Counted from the stretch's first letter, positions 9,114 to 19,195 are shown. The stretch is 36,920 bases of DNA from an uncultured bacterium (GCA_963977445.1 CAXBPH010000038.1:1-36920), one strand, 5' to 3'. Made by a program: numbers and translations. The notes: a model not told the origin generated them from the letters alone.

Positions 9114-10532
9114 CTAGCGAATTCGTGTCGCCGCGAGGGCGGCGTGTTTTGCATTCAGTTGCTCGCTGAGGGTTGCCTGGATTTCACTATATCGGGGGTC
9201 ATTGATCACGTTCTGCGTTTCGCCAGGATCTGCTGCGAGGTGATAGAGCTCGTCTTTACCGGGACGGCGAAAATCGCGCATGAGCTTCCACTCAGGCGTG
9301 CGGATGACGCGCATGTCGCACACTTCATAGTGGTGCATGCCATATTCCGCGTAGAAGGACTTTTCCCAGGGAATGTTCTCTCCCTTTAGTATAGGCAGGA
9401 AATTGCGCCCATGGATAAGTACGTTGTCGTCCAGCGTGACACCGGCCATGGCCAGGAGGGTGGGAAACCAATCGAGGTTGGTGATGGTTTCGTCGATGCG
9501 GGTGCCCGGCGCAACCACACCCGGCCAGCGCACGATGGTGGGCACGTGCATGGAGGTGTCAAACATGTTGGGACGTCGGCCATAGGGTTCTGTGCCCTTC
9601 AGGGTGAGCCACGAGGCATTGCCCTTATGGAGTACCCCATGGTGTCCCACGTTGTAGCCGTGGTCGCTGGTAAAAATAACGATGGTATTTTCGGCGGCCC
9701 CGGAGCTATCGAGCTGATCGAGGATACGGCGCACGTTGCGGTCAACGCCGGCCACACTGGCGAGGTACTGGCGCATGAGGTCATCCATACGGGGCACATC
9801 GAGATTGGCCAGGTCGGGTTTGGGGAGATCGAGTTCCCGGTCCTTTACGTGGGCCTCGTCTTCGGGAGCCACCGGTTTCCAGGGGGCATGAGGCGATCGA
9901 TAGTGTACGGACAGCATGAAGGGCGTGTCCTGCGTTTTGGCATCTTGAAGGAAGGCCAGGGCTTTGTCGGTCAAGAGGTCGACGGTGAGTCCCTTTTCCA
10001 CGGCCACCACGCCGTCGTGTTCCAGCTCGGGATCGACGACCTTCGCCCCCCCTTCGCGGAATCCGTAAAAGTAGTCATAGCCGAAGTGCTTGGGGAGGAA
10101 TTCGTCCTGCGTGCCGAGGTGCCATTTCCCGACGAGGCCCGTGTGATAGCCGCTGTCTCGGAGGGCACGTACCCACGTCGCAATGGTCGGCTCCAGCCCC
10201 AGTTGGGATTCATCCACCCGGTTATTGCCCCCTCGTGGGGCGATCCAATCGGTGATGCCCACTTCTGATCCGTAGCGGCTGGTCAGCAGGCCCACCCGGG
10301 AGGGTGAGCACACCGGCGTGGTCACGAAGAAGTTGCTGAACTTCGCGCCCTCTCGGGCAAGGCGGTCCATACCCGGTGTATCGGCATCGGGATTGTCCGC
10401 ATTGCTCATGGCCCAGGGACCCTGATCGTCGGTGAGGATGAACAGGATGTTGGGCCGGGTCGCGCCATGGGTATGGAGCGCGGCGAGGCCCATGACTACC
10501 AGGGCGATGGACGTAGTGAGACGGCGAGACAT
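9114..10532 (-). CDS. Secreted formylglycine-dependent sulfatase
   Basis: RPNILFILTDD, CSPSR (CxPxR), GKWHLG, SDHG. Signal peptide from MSRRLTT; start reassigned to ATG 10532 with AGGAG RBS. Confidence 0.95.
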   Translation of the reverse strand: MSRRLTTSIALVVMGLAALHTHGATRPNILFILTDDQGPWAMSNADNPDADTPGMDRLAREGAKFSNFFVTTPVCSPSRVGLLTSRYGSEVGITDWIAPRGGNNRVDESQLGLEPTIATWVRALRDSGYHTGLVGKWHLGTQDEFLPKHFGYDYFYGFREGGAKVVDPELEHDGVVAVEKGLTVDLLTDKALAFLQDAKTQDTPFMLSVHYRSPHAPWKPVAPEDEAHVKDRELDLPKPDLANLDVPRMDDLMRQYLASVAGVDRNVRRILDQLDSSGAAENTIVIFTSDHGYNVGHHGVLHKGNASWLTLKGTEPYGRRPNMFDTSMHVPTIVRWPGVVAPGTRIDETITNLDWFPTLLAMAGVTLDDNVLIHGRNFLPILKGENIPWEKSFYAEYGMHHYEVCDMRVIRTPEWKLMRDFRRPGKDELYHLAADPGETQNVINDPRYSEIQATLSEQLNAKHAALAATRIR

Positions 10533-10618
10533 GGGGGCGCTCCTGCGTGAGGTTGTCGTGGCGGTGTGTGTCGGATAGGCCATTCTAGAGCATGGTCGGG
10601 AACGGGTCAAAATGGGCC

Positions 10619-10695
10619 GTGGACGGAGTGGACTGGGTGGACGTAGTGGACCTAAGGTAAATGTCCACCTCGTCCACCTCGTCCACTAAGTCCAC
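10619..10695. repeat. Mirror array of 9-bp-period hexamers: (GTGGAC-NNN)x4 then (GTCCAC-NNN)x4
   Basis: GTGGAC at 10619, 10628, 10637, 10646; GTCCAC at 10663, 10672, 10681, 10690. Confidence 0.9.
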
Positions 10696-10698
10696 CCA

Positions 10699-13600
10699 CT
10701 ACTCCGGCTCAGCGTCTTCGCCCTCCACCCTCTTCTCTTCCACCTGTTCCGCGATCTCCGTTGCCCGCCAGCGGGTATAGCCATAGGCCACCGTGAGCAA
10801 GGCCAGGCCCAGAAAGACGAGGGCACCCACGCGATAGGGGCCTTCCAGTCGCCACACATCCACCAGGAAGGCCCGGCCAATGGCGAGGGCGACGGTACAC
10901 AGGCCCACATAACGAAACCAGGGCTGGCGCGTTACCAGGGCCCATACAAAGAGGATGAGGGCCACAACGGTCCAACAGATGGTGAGATAGAAATCGTGAA
11001 TCACATTAAATTTGGTGAGGCCCACCACGATTAGCAACGCGGGGATCCCGGTAAGGAAGGCGTTGAGCGTTGGTTGGTGACCAGGCAGGAGCTCGACGCG
11101 CGTCCGCTCCAAGAGACGGGTCGCTCCCCGTTCCGAAATCAGCCAATAGCCGGTCATGGCGACATAGGCGACACACAGGACGCCGGGCGACGCGTGATTA
11201 AAGGAAAAGAGCAGGAGCGGGATGGTGCCGACTACGGCAGACAGCAGTGACAGGAAGGCGGCCGCGCGCGAACGGAACCAGGCGGCATAGCCGAGGAAGG
11301 CCACCGCCATGGCGGCGAATCCCGTGTAGCGCCACGCCGAGCTGGTGAGCTCCTGGTTGTAGTGAAAGGCGGCAAACCAGGTTGTCAGGAGAAGGACGGG
11401 GCCCAATAGGCGTTGTGCAAAGGGGCGATAATGCACCAGCAGGCGATCACCCGCCAGGGTAGTGGCCAACAGCAACAGGAAGGTGCCATGAAACCAGACA
11501 TCGGGCGAGGCAGGCGTGCCACCATCGACCCAGGCAACACAGGCGGCCAGGGTCAAGAGGGTGCCGAAAATTGCCATGGCACGGCGATGAAGCCAGGGCA
11601 GGGCTACGCCGAAGGCCACGGCAAACACGGCCAGCGCAACGGGCAGAGCGGGAGCCATATAGCGTGCGTCGATGAGGAACAGGCCGCCACCGGCGATAGC
11701 GCCATAGACCAGATAGGGCGTGGGCAGGAGATGGTGGAATGCGAGGCCCGGTCGCTTGCCCCACCACCGTGATTCCACGGCCGTGGCGGCGACGGCGGCC
11801 AGTGCGAGGCCCACGGGGGCCATCCAGGGGTGGAACATGGCCACGTCGGACACCACACAGGACCCGCCGGCAAAGAGCACCATGGCAATGCTCAGCAGAC
11901 CCAGATTGGTGCTTGCGGTTGCGGCGGCATAGAGGGCGCCCAGGAGTCCGAGCCCTCCGCCGAGGAGGATGGCCTCTTCTACGGCCAACCGTTTCGAGGC
12001 CAGGAGCATGATTAATCCTGCGGCAACGGCACTACAGACTGTGGCGATGAGGTGGTGATTTCGATACCATCCGCCCTGGATGTCTTCGTGTGTGGCATAG
12101 GCCGAAAAACGTCGGGGCACCAGGATGGCGATCGCTTCTGCGAGGATGACCAGGGTGGCCGTACCACCGACGGCCAGCGCGAAGGTGCCGACCCACTCCT
12201 GGCGCTCCAGGGCTATACAGGTGAGGATTCCATTGATGGCGGCGAGGAGCACACTGGTGGTCAGCAGGGGTGCTGCACTGCGATAAAGAGCCATGCCGGC
12301 CAGGGCAAGGAAGCCTACACCCAACACAAGAATGGTGCTGCCCGGTGTGAGGAGGACGTCGCTGTACCCCACCAAGAGGAAGGTCCCACACAGGGCCAGG
12401 GTATGGGACAACTGCTGCCGACTGGGCAGGGGCCCACCCTCCCACGTTGCGGGCAGGATTTCCAGGGTGTGGCACCAGGCATCGAGATTGGGCATCTTTG
12501 GAAGTCCCGGCGAGGGAAAGGTGTGCCAGGGGGTGACGCGGTACATCTCGGCAGCGGTGACAAAGGCGACCACGATGGCCAGGGCCACGAAGAGCTCGCC
12601 CACAAAGCCTGCCTCACCATAGGCCGGGAAGGAGACGTTCTGGAGCACATAAATCCCGTGAAAGAAGGTGACGGCGGCCGTGCCCAGGGCGAGAATGCGT
12701 CCGCTGTGTTCCCGGCGGCGTCGGGCCGCGTAGAGGAGCACCAGGCATTCTAAAGCGAGGGACAGGGTCAGGGTGGTGCCGTCGAGCCAGGTGGCGAAGC
12801 CAATGGCCATGAGCACCGAGGTTTTGGTGAAGTAGGTTAAGGTTACCCGGTCCGCCGCATTGCGGTTGTGATAGCCGAGCGCCATGATCAGGCTGAAGAG
12901 GGCGGTGGAGAAATAGAGGAAATGCTCCTGGGGGGCCACGGCCGGGAAGGCGCGTACGAGCCCAATCCCCAGAAGGACAAAGCCCGTGGTATTGAGACTG
13001 ACGAAGATACTCCGAACCCGGGGTGGCACGGTCTGGCGGTTGGGGGGCGTGAGCAACTCGGCGGCGGCATAGGTAATCAGGTAGGCCACGAGCAGGGCCA
13101 TACCCACGGTAAAATCGACCAGCGATTCACTGCCCGGAGAGCGGCTCAACCAGAAGAACTGGTTTAAGTAACTGCCTATCATGGCCGTCATGGCCACGGC
13201 ATACCAGCCATTACGGATGAGGAACCAGGCGCTGCCAATACCCAGGAGAAGGAGCCCACCAACGGCGGCGCGACTGGGAGATTCGAGGGACAAGGTTGAC
13301 AAGGCCACCGTAAAATGGCCCAGGAGGGTCATGGTAAAGGCAATGGGTTGGGATTTTCGCCATTGGGCCAACGCCCCCCATCCCAACACGAGCAGCGCCA
13401 GCAGTGCCAGGGTAAACTCCTGACTCGGGGCGATCCGGGTGGCGGGGATGTACCACGTGGCGAAGGTCACAAAATAAGTGATACCCAGGCCACCCCCCAG
13501 GAGAATGCGGGCGTAACTCGTGTATTTCTTCTCCAGCGTGCGGCCTACGGCGACCAGGCCCCCGCTCAAGAGGTAGCCCAGACCCACGCGAAGATAGGGC

Positions 13601-14115
13601 ATCAAGGCGGAGTCTTCATATTTCTGCGCCACATAGGTGAAGCCCCAGACGGCGCCCATGGCGAGCAGGAGCATACCCAGACGGGGTGCCCAATAGCTGC
13701 CCAGGGCCATTTCAAAGCTCATATCTTCCGGCGGACCAAAGCGACGGGGCTTCTTCACTTTCGGTTCCCGGGGCGGTGCCACGGCCGCTGGCGTGGGTGC
13801 ATATTTTGGCTTTTCCCGGGGTAAGGGAGGCGCAACGGGCCGGGCTGTGGTGACGGCTTGGTCCACCTTGACGTTTTCCACCGGCGGCGTCTCGGTCATT
13901 GATGTTTTTGCGCTGATCGGCAGGGGTGGCGGCGTCTGGATGCGTAAAGTGCCCGTCGGAGCCACCGATTCGGGCACCGCCGTCGTTTCCGACGGTGTAT
14001 CCAGTTTCCGCTGATGCATTTCCACCGCGTCGAGGCGCATAGACAGTTGCGCCACATCCCGCTCCACGCCCTGCACGTCCCGGCGTAGTTGTTGAATCGT
14101 GTCGGCCAATTCCAT
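10699..14115 (-). CDS. DUF2339-like large polytopic membrane protein
   Basis: N-terminal coiled coil, Pro-rich linker, FEMALGSYWAPRLG, many TM helices, C-terminal RAFLVDVWRLEGPYRVGALVFLG. Start at ATG 14115 with GGAG RBS. Confidence 0.85.
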   Translation of the reverse strand: MELADTIQQLRRDVQGVERDVAQLSMRLDAVEMHQRKLDTPSETTAVPESVAPTGTLRIQTPPPLPISAKTSMTETPPVENVKVDQAVTTARPVAPPLPREKPKYAPTPAAVAPPREPKVKKPRRFGPPEDMSFEMALGSYWAPRLGMLLLAMGAVWGFTYVAQKYEDSALMPYLRVGLGYLLSGGLVAVGRTLEKKYTSYARILLGGGLGITYFVTFATWYIPATRIAPSQEFTLALLALLVLGWGALAQWRKSQPIAFTMTLLGHFTVALSTLSLESPSRAAVGGLLLLGIGSAWFLIRNGWYAVAMTAMIGSYLNQFFWLSRSPGSESLVDFTVGMALLVAYLITYAAAELLTPPNRQTVPPRVRSIFVSLNTTGFVLLGIGLVRAFPAVAPQEHFLYFSTALFSLIMALGYHNRNAADRVTLTYFTKTSVLMAIGFATWLDGTTLTLSLALECLVLLYAARRRREHSGRILALGTAAVTFFHGIYVLQNVSFPAYGEAGFVGELFVALAIVVAFVTAAEMYRVTPWHTFPSPGLPKMPNLDAWCHTLEILPATWEGGPLPSRQQLSHTLALCGTFLLVGYSDVLLTPGSTILVLGVGFLALAGMALYRSAAPLLTTSVLLAAINGILTCIALERQEWVGTFALAVGGTATLVILAEAIAILVPRRFSAYATHEDIQGGWYRNHHLIATVCSAVAAGLIMLLASKRLAVEEAILLGGGLGLLGALYAAATASTNLGLLSIAMVLFAGGSCVVSDVAMFHPWMAPVGLALAAVAATAVESRWWGKRPGLAFHHLLPTPYLVYGAIAGGGLFLIDARYMAPALPVALAVFAVAFGVALPWLHRRAMAIFGTLLTLAACVAWVDGGTPASPDVWFHGTFLLLLATTLAGDRLLVHYRPFAQRLLGPVLLLTTWFAAFHYNQELTSSAWRYTGFAAMAVAFLGYAAWFRSRAAAFLSLLSAVVGTIPLLLFSFNHASPGVLCVAYVAMTGYWLISERGATRLLERTRVELLPGHQPTLNAFLTGIPALLIVVGLTKFNVIHDFYLTICWTVVALILFVWALVTRQPWFRYVGLCTVALAIGRAFLVDVWRLEGPYRVGALVFLGLALLTVAYGYTRWRATEIAEQVEEKRVEGEDAEPE

Positions 14116-14161
14116 ATCCCGAATCTCCCTGATTGCCATACCGGCGACTAGTTACACGATC

Positions 14162-14189
14162 AGTATACCATAATATGGTTAGATGTCAA
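14162..14189 (-). promoter_or_regulatory. Sigma70-type promoter of the DUF2339-like gene with an overlapping palindrome
   Basis: Minus strand TTGACA-16 nt-TATACT with extended TGn; palindrome ACCATA-A-TATGGT at 14167-14179. Confidence 0.75.
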
Positions 14190-14474
14190 ACAATAAAACA
14201 CGAAACAAATAGTGTCTTGAATCAGGACCGATTCCGAAGTAAAAAATGGAGGTGGTGAACCTTTTCCCGGTGAACTCCGTCTCCTATAGTAGAACAATCG
14301 GGAAGGAAGGGATATGGCCACGGAAAAAACGCGGATCGAGAGTGAATTGTTCCTCGTCCAATACCGTCGGGGGGACCGTGCCGTTGTTTGTGGGGATCCT
14401 CCAGATTGTTGGGGAAAGCCGGCCAGCAACACGACCTTGCCCTGCCGGGTGAAGATCTTACGGTCGCTCGGGGA

Positions 14475-14504
14475 GTGACAGGTGACAATTGTCTATGGTA
14501 CAGT
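14475..14504 (+). promoter_or_regulatory. higBA promoter/operator
   Basis: GTGACA-18 nt-TACAGT (TGn-extended); palindrome GACAATTGTC at 14484-14493. Confidence 0.55.
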
Positions 14505-14509
14505 GATTC

Positions 14510-14788
14510 ATGATCGACAGCATCAAACACAAAGGACTCCGGCGGCTCTACGAACGGGGTGATTCCAGTAAGATCAATCCGATTCACGTAGATAAGGTAG
14601 CGCTGATTCTGGCGGACCTTGATGCTGCAGATTCCATTGATCACATGCGTCAGCCCGGCTATCGCTTGCATGAACTGCGTGGAAATCTTCGTGGTTATCA
14701 TGCCGTCGAGGTCTCTGGAAACTGGCGCATCGTCTTCCGCTTTAGTGCGGGAAAAGCCTTCGATATTGACCTTGTGGATTACCACTGA
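14510..14788 (+). CDS. higB: HigB-like (RelE/ParE superfamily) toxin
   Basis: MIDSIKHKGLRRLYE...PGYRLHELRG...VSGNWRIVFRF...DLVDYH; precedes an HTH antitoxin. Confidence 0.93.
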   Translation: MIDSIKHKGLRRLYERGDSSKINPIHVDKVALILADLDAADSIDHMRQPGYRLHELRGNLRGYHAVEVSGNWRIVFRFSAGKAFDIDLVDYH

Positions 14789-14802
14789 AAGGTTTACCAA
14801 CC

Positions 14803-15084
14803 ATGCCCATGATGAACCCACCCCACCCCGGCAAACATGTTCGGATGAATTGCATCGAACCGCTGGGACTCACCGTCTCGGATGCTGCCAAGGCACTGGG
14901 TGTCGCTCGGCAGACGTTAAACAACCTGCTCAATGGAAAATCCGGAATTTCAGCCGAAATGTCGCTCCGCCTGGAAAAGATGGGATGGGGACAGGCCGAT
15001 GGCTGGCTGCGCCTACAGTCGAACTACGATTTGAGCCAGGCCCGGAAAAGGGAAGAGCATATCGTGGTGCATCCCGTGTCGTAA
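14803..15084 (+). CDS. higA: HigA antitoxin (XRE HTH)
   Basis: PPHPG...LTVSDAAKALGVARQTLNNLLNGKSGISAEMSLRL...WLRLQSNYDL. Confidence 0.93.
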   Translation: MPMMNPPHPGKHVRMNCIEPLGLTVSDAAKALGVARQTLNNLLNGKSGISAEMSLRLEKMGWGQADGWLRLQSNYDLSQARKREEHIVVHPVS

Positions 15085-15179
15085 AGGCACGAAACGTCCC
15101 TTCTGGTGGTTCAAGCCTTCCAAGAGGGCCTTCCGCCGCACCAGTCCCAACGTTCACCGTGGCCAGCCACCACCCCCCA

Positions 15180-16877
15180 CTACATTCGTTCGGGAGCCTC
15201 GATGCCGAGGATGCCCAGGGCGTTCTTCAGGGTCTGGAGGGTGGCTTTGCAAATCTGCAGGCGGGCCACCATGAGCTCGGGAGTCTTGGCCTTCAACACG
15301 GGGCAATCGTTGTAGAAACTCGAGAAGAGTCGCGACAGCTCCAGGGTGTAGTTGGCAATGGGGGCACAGGTCCGTTGTTTGAGGGCACCGGCCACGATGT
15401 TGGGGAAGTCGGCGATTTTGGTGAGCAAGGCCCATTCGGTGTCGGAGGTGGTGTTGAATTTCTTCGCCGGGACGTTGGGGATGTCTCCGTCAATTTTACG
15501 AATCATGGAATTGATCCGGGCGCAGGAATATTGGATGTAGGGGCCCGTGTCGCCCACGAACTTCATGTTTTCTTCCATGTCGAAGATGACGTTCTTATTG
15601 GGCGTGACGCGGAGGATGCTGAAACGGATAGCCGCGACGGCTACCTGCTCGGCGATAACCTGTTGCTCTTTCTTCGAAAGGTCGGTGCACTGCTCCGCGA
15701 CCCGTTCCTGGGCCAGGGTGGCGGCCTCATCGAGGAAGTCAGACAGCAACACGACCTTGCCCTGGCGGGTGGACATTTTGCCGTCTTTCAGCAGGATGTA
15801 GGAGTAGTAAATAGGCTCTGGTACGGGATGACCCGCTGCCGCGAGGATAAGATTGAGCTGCTGGGCATAGAGTTTGTGGTCTTCGCCCAATACCATCATG
15901 TTGATGTCGGCACCGAGAGCCTGCTTGTCGAGGGTGTAGGCCAAATCGCGAAAGCCATACATGGAGCTGCCGTTACCCCGGAGGAGAACGAAATACCGTC
16001 CTTCTTCCAGATTGTGGCCGATCTTGGAGAGGTCCACCACGAGGCGCTTGTCGTCATCGATGAAGACAGCGTCTTTTTCCTTGAGTTTTTCGACCAGTTC
16101 GTCAAGACGGGCGTCTTTCACATACTTCGACTCGTGATCGAAGACGTCATAGGTGCCACCGAGGCGGGTGAGCACTTCCAGTTGCCCCTTGAGGCAGAGG
16201 TCGGTGACGGCCGTAAAGCGTTTCTGGGTTTCCGGATCGCCCTGCTCCATCTTCGCCAGGAGGTCATAGCCAGCCTGGGCAAAGGCTTCGTCCGTCTTGG
16301 CCCGCTCATTGGCTTCCACATAGGCGTCGAGGATCTGGTCAAAAGCCAGATCCTCCAATTCGTCCGCAATCATCACGAGCAAGCCGATTTGCCGGCCCAT
16401 GTCGTTCACGTAGTAGTGCACCTCCACCTCGTAATCTTCAAAGCGGAAGAGGCGGGCGAGACTGTCGCCGATCATGGCATTTCGCGCACGGCCCACGTGG
16501 GGGCTGGCGTTGGGGTTGATGCTTGTGTGTTCCAGGACCACCTTGGTACCCGTTCCCGAATGGGCGGATCCGAATTTTTCCCCGGCTTCCAGGACCCCGC
16601 CTACGATCTGCCGTGCAATGGCACCGCGATTGAGGAAGAGGTTGAGATAGGGCCCCATGGGCTTGGCTTCGGTGACCTCGGGGCCAAAATCGACCCGTTT
16701 CGCGGCGTCGGCAGCCAATTTCGGAGGGGCAGCCTTGAGTTTTTTGGCGGCCAGAAACATGGGAATGGCGACATCGCCCATTTCCAGCTTGGGCGGGGCA
16801 CCAAAAGAGATGTCGTCGGCATCCAGCTCGGGAAAGGCGGCCAATATGGGGTCTACAAGGCTTTCAAACGGATTCAC
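15180..16877 (-). CDS. argS: Arginine--tRNA ligase
   Basis: EHTSINPN...PHVGR, YYVNDMGRQ, KMSTRQG, GDTGPYIQYSCAR, FYNDCPVL, LGILGIEAPERM. GTG start at 16877 after AAGGA. Confidence 0.96.
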   Translation of the reverse strand: MNPFESLVDPILAAFPELDADDISFGAPPKLEMGDVAIPMFLAAKKLKAAPPKLAADAAKRVDFGPEVTEAKPMGPYLNLFLNRGAIARQIVGGVLEAGEKFGSAHSGTGTKVVLEHTSINPNASPHVGRARNAMIGDSLARLFRFEDYEVEVHYYVNDMGRQIGLLVMIADELEDLAFDQILDAYVEANERAKTDEAFAQAGYDLLAKMEQGDPETQKRFTAVTDLCLKGQLEVLTRLGGTYDVFDHESKYVKDARLDELVEKLKEKDAVFIDDDKRLVVDLSKIGHNLEEGRYFVLLRGNGSSMYGFRDLAYTLDKQALGADINMMVLGEDHKLYAQQLNLILAAAGHPVPEPIYYSYILLKDGKMSTRQGKVVLLSDFLDEAATLAQERVAEQCTDLSKKEQQVIAEQVAVAAIRFSILRVTPNKNVIFDMEENMKFVGDTGPYIQYSCARINSMIRKIDGDIPNVPAKKFNTTSDTEWALLTKIADFPNIVAGALKQRTCAPIANYTLELSRLFSSFYNDCPVLKAKTPELMVARLQICKATLQTLKNALGILGIEAPERM

Positions 16878-17071
16878 AGGGATATTCCTTATGGGCATTC
16901 GGGGGTGGTGGGTTTGAGGCACTTATTATACCGTATCTATTATGCACACAACCAGAGACGGAACCGTAGGAAATCTGGGGCGCTTTAATGGGCCCGATGG
17001 TGTAGGATAACCCTTCCCCATGGGGTATGGGGATGGCAGTACCAATTTACCCAAAATCAGGAGAAGGCATC

Positions 17072-18574
17072 GTGGATCGACGTTCATTTTTAAAAACCGG
17101 GGGCCAGGCGGTCGTGGCCGGAAGTGTAGCCAGTGGTTTTTCGCCCGCCGCATCGGGTGTGGAAGTGGTTTCGACCCCCTCGGAAGGGGACTCCCTCCTG
17201 GGGGATTACACGGCAGAAGACCACCGCAAGCGTCTGGAAAATATTGCCCGATGCACCCGCGCCATCCGCTCCTCCATGCGGGAACACTTCGTTACCGATT
17301 ACCGTCCGGGACAGTGCTGCTACAACCTGGGCGAGTACCCGAGCACCAAACCGTGGGTGGTCGACGAATACGACGCCCAGGAACTGGACCGCCTCCGGGA
17401 TGAAGGCATCCAGGTGATCCAGGTTTTCGACGACTGGAACGACTCCCTCCGGCTTTTCGGTGGCGACAAGTATTCCGCCGTGAACCCGTCGGGCTACCAC
17501 AAGTTCATCGAGCTGGCCCATGCCCGGGGCATGAAAGTCCTTACCTATACCTCCACGTGCTTCATCCAGCGTAGTGATCCCGATTTTAAGCAGGAATGGA
17601 GCCGGGAGGGCGACTTCCTCCAGGTGGGCTATTGGGACATGGCCCGCTGTTCGCCGGCGAGCCCCGGCTGGCGGGCCTTTGTGATGCAGAAATTCGCCCG
17701 CATCATGGAAGAATATGGCACAGACGGGATCTACGTCGACGGGGGCTATTTGTCCAACCAGCACGCCTACAAGGGCACCATGCCCGTCGCACCCGATGAA
17801 ATTGTGGCCTTTGACGAGACGGCCGAGCACGATGGGGCCTTCACGGACATGCTCGCTCTGATCTACGCCGATGTGAAGCGACGGGGCGGCATCCTGAAGT
17901 TGCACGTGAACGCCGCGGAGAAGCCCCAGTCCCGGGGGCTCGATACCTACGATTACCTCTGGGTCGGTGAAGGGGTGAAGGAGGCCGATACCCTCCGGGA
18001 AACCGTCAAGAACTACGAGCCCTACCTCGTGCCCTGTCTGGACATGGGATTTACCAGCCTGGAATCGGAAAACGAGCCCTATTTACATTCCATCCCCTAT
18101 CTCCAGTTTCCCGTGTCCATGGGTGGCCGCATCTTCACCGGCGAACGGGGTTTCGTGCCCGGTATAACCTACAAAGACGATTTCTGGATGACCCGGTGTC
18201 GTGATGCCTGGAAACAATACCAGGAGGACCCGACCAAGCTGCATACCTATAGCGCCTGGGACGAAGTGCCCGGTAGTCCCAAGACGCGTGAGACCCATGC
18301 CCGGTGGCTGAAGCAGTATTTGCCCCTGGTGGAAGAAGGTACGAAAGCGTGGCTGGAAATCGGCGATTCAGACTTATTTGCCGCGCCCCTGCCTGCGGGG
18401 GTTGTGGCGTCGGCTTTCGCCAATCGCGAGCTTCACCTGGTGCTGGCCAATTACAGCCGTGAGGCCGTTGAGATCGCGACGACCACGTCCTATGTGGCGA
18501 CGGGGGAAACCGACGCAACTACAAGCTGGACCCTGCCCCCCCGTTCATTGCGAATTTTGAAGCACACGGCATAG
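17072..18574 (+). CDS. Tat-exported putative glycoside hydrolase-like TIM-barrel protein
   Basis: GTG start after AGGAG giving DRRSFLK Tat motif. FIELAHARGMKVLTY, CSPASPGWR and YGTDGIYVDG are typical of GH-like barrels; family not assignable by eye. Confidence 0.7.
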   Translation: MDRRSFLKTGGQAVVAGSVASGFSPAASGVEVVSTPSEGDSLLGDYTAEDHRKRLENIARCTRAIRSSMREHFVTDYRPGQCCYNLGEYPSTKPWVVDEYDAQELDRLRDEGIQVIQVFDDWNDSLRLFGGDKYSAVNPSGYHKFIELAHARGMKVLTYTSTCFIQRSDPDFKQEWSREGDFLQVGYWDMARCSPASPGWRAFVMQKFARIMEEYGTDGIYVDGGYLSNQHAYKGTMPVAPDEIVAFDETAEHDGAFTDMLALIYADVKRRGGILKLHVNAAEKPQSRGLDTYDYLWVGEGVKEADTLRETVKNYEPYLVPCLDMGFTSLESENEPYLHSIPYLQFPVSMGGRIFTGERGFVPGITYKDDFWMTRCRDAWKQYQEDPTKLHTYSAWDEVPGSPKTRETHARWLKQYLPLVEEGTKAWLEIGDSDLFAAPLPAGVVASAFANRELHLVLANYSREAVEIATTTSYVATGETDATTSWTLPPRSLRILKHTA

Positions 18575-18747
18575 GACCGATAGACCACCTTGGAGCACCT
18601 GAAATATCCCGAAATTCGAAGTGCCACCTCGTGGGTTGGAACTGGGGACGTCAGTCGGGCCTATGTGGTAAAAGGAAGACGCGATGGGCTCTGCTTGCGA
18701 TACATCTCGCCCCGTATCTTTTTGCAGAGGAAGCCACAAACCATGGA

Positions 18748-18936
18748 CGTGCCGCGCGATCTGGTACTCCAGTTCGTGCGAAGGGACTACGGGACGTCAA
18801 CGGGGTCTATGTGGTTGTGGAAAGTCTTCAAGATCTCATTTGGAATAGGGCATTGTGCTTGGACTTGGCCTTGATGTAGAGATTAAATCCTTTTTCCAAC
18901 CCACGCACGAACTGGAGTACCAGATCGCGCGGCACG
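18748..18936. repeat. REPIN-like element: perfect 33-bp inverted repeat with 123-bp spacer
   Basis: CGTGCCGCGCGATCTGGTACTCCAGTTCGTGCG (18748-18780) and its exact reverse complement (18904-18936). Confidence 0.85.
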
Positions 18937-19195
18937 ATTGGTGGGTTCAGTTTGTTTTTTTGGAGTGAGTCTTTGTTGGTAACTTTGGACGAGCGGGTGC
19001 CCCACTTCGTACGCAGGGACTGTGGGAAATCTGTGGGGTCTATAAGGTATCGCACCGAACCCGCTCATGCGTGCGCGCCCATTTTAATGCGACAGCCCTC
19101 TTACTTGCCCCGGACTGAGGAATAGAATGGCCCAATCATGCTATGCTCAGGCCCGGTCAAAGCAATCGATGCGAACGAAGAAAGGAAGCAATATC

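Noticed and set aside
10619..10695. Possible CRISPR array
   Set aside because: 6-bp repeats with 3-bp spacers that switch orientation; no cas genes in the window.
14619..16988. 789-aa plus-strand ORF
   Set aside because: Overlaps higBA out of frame and is antisense to argS; no domain signal.
18590..19068. Several 60-95-aa ORFs sharing VPRDLVLQFVR
   Set aside because: The shared peptide is the translated 33-bp inverted repeat, not a protein family.
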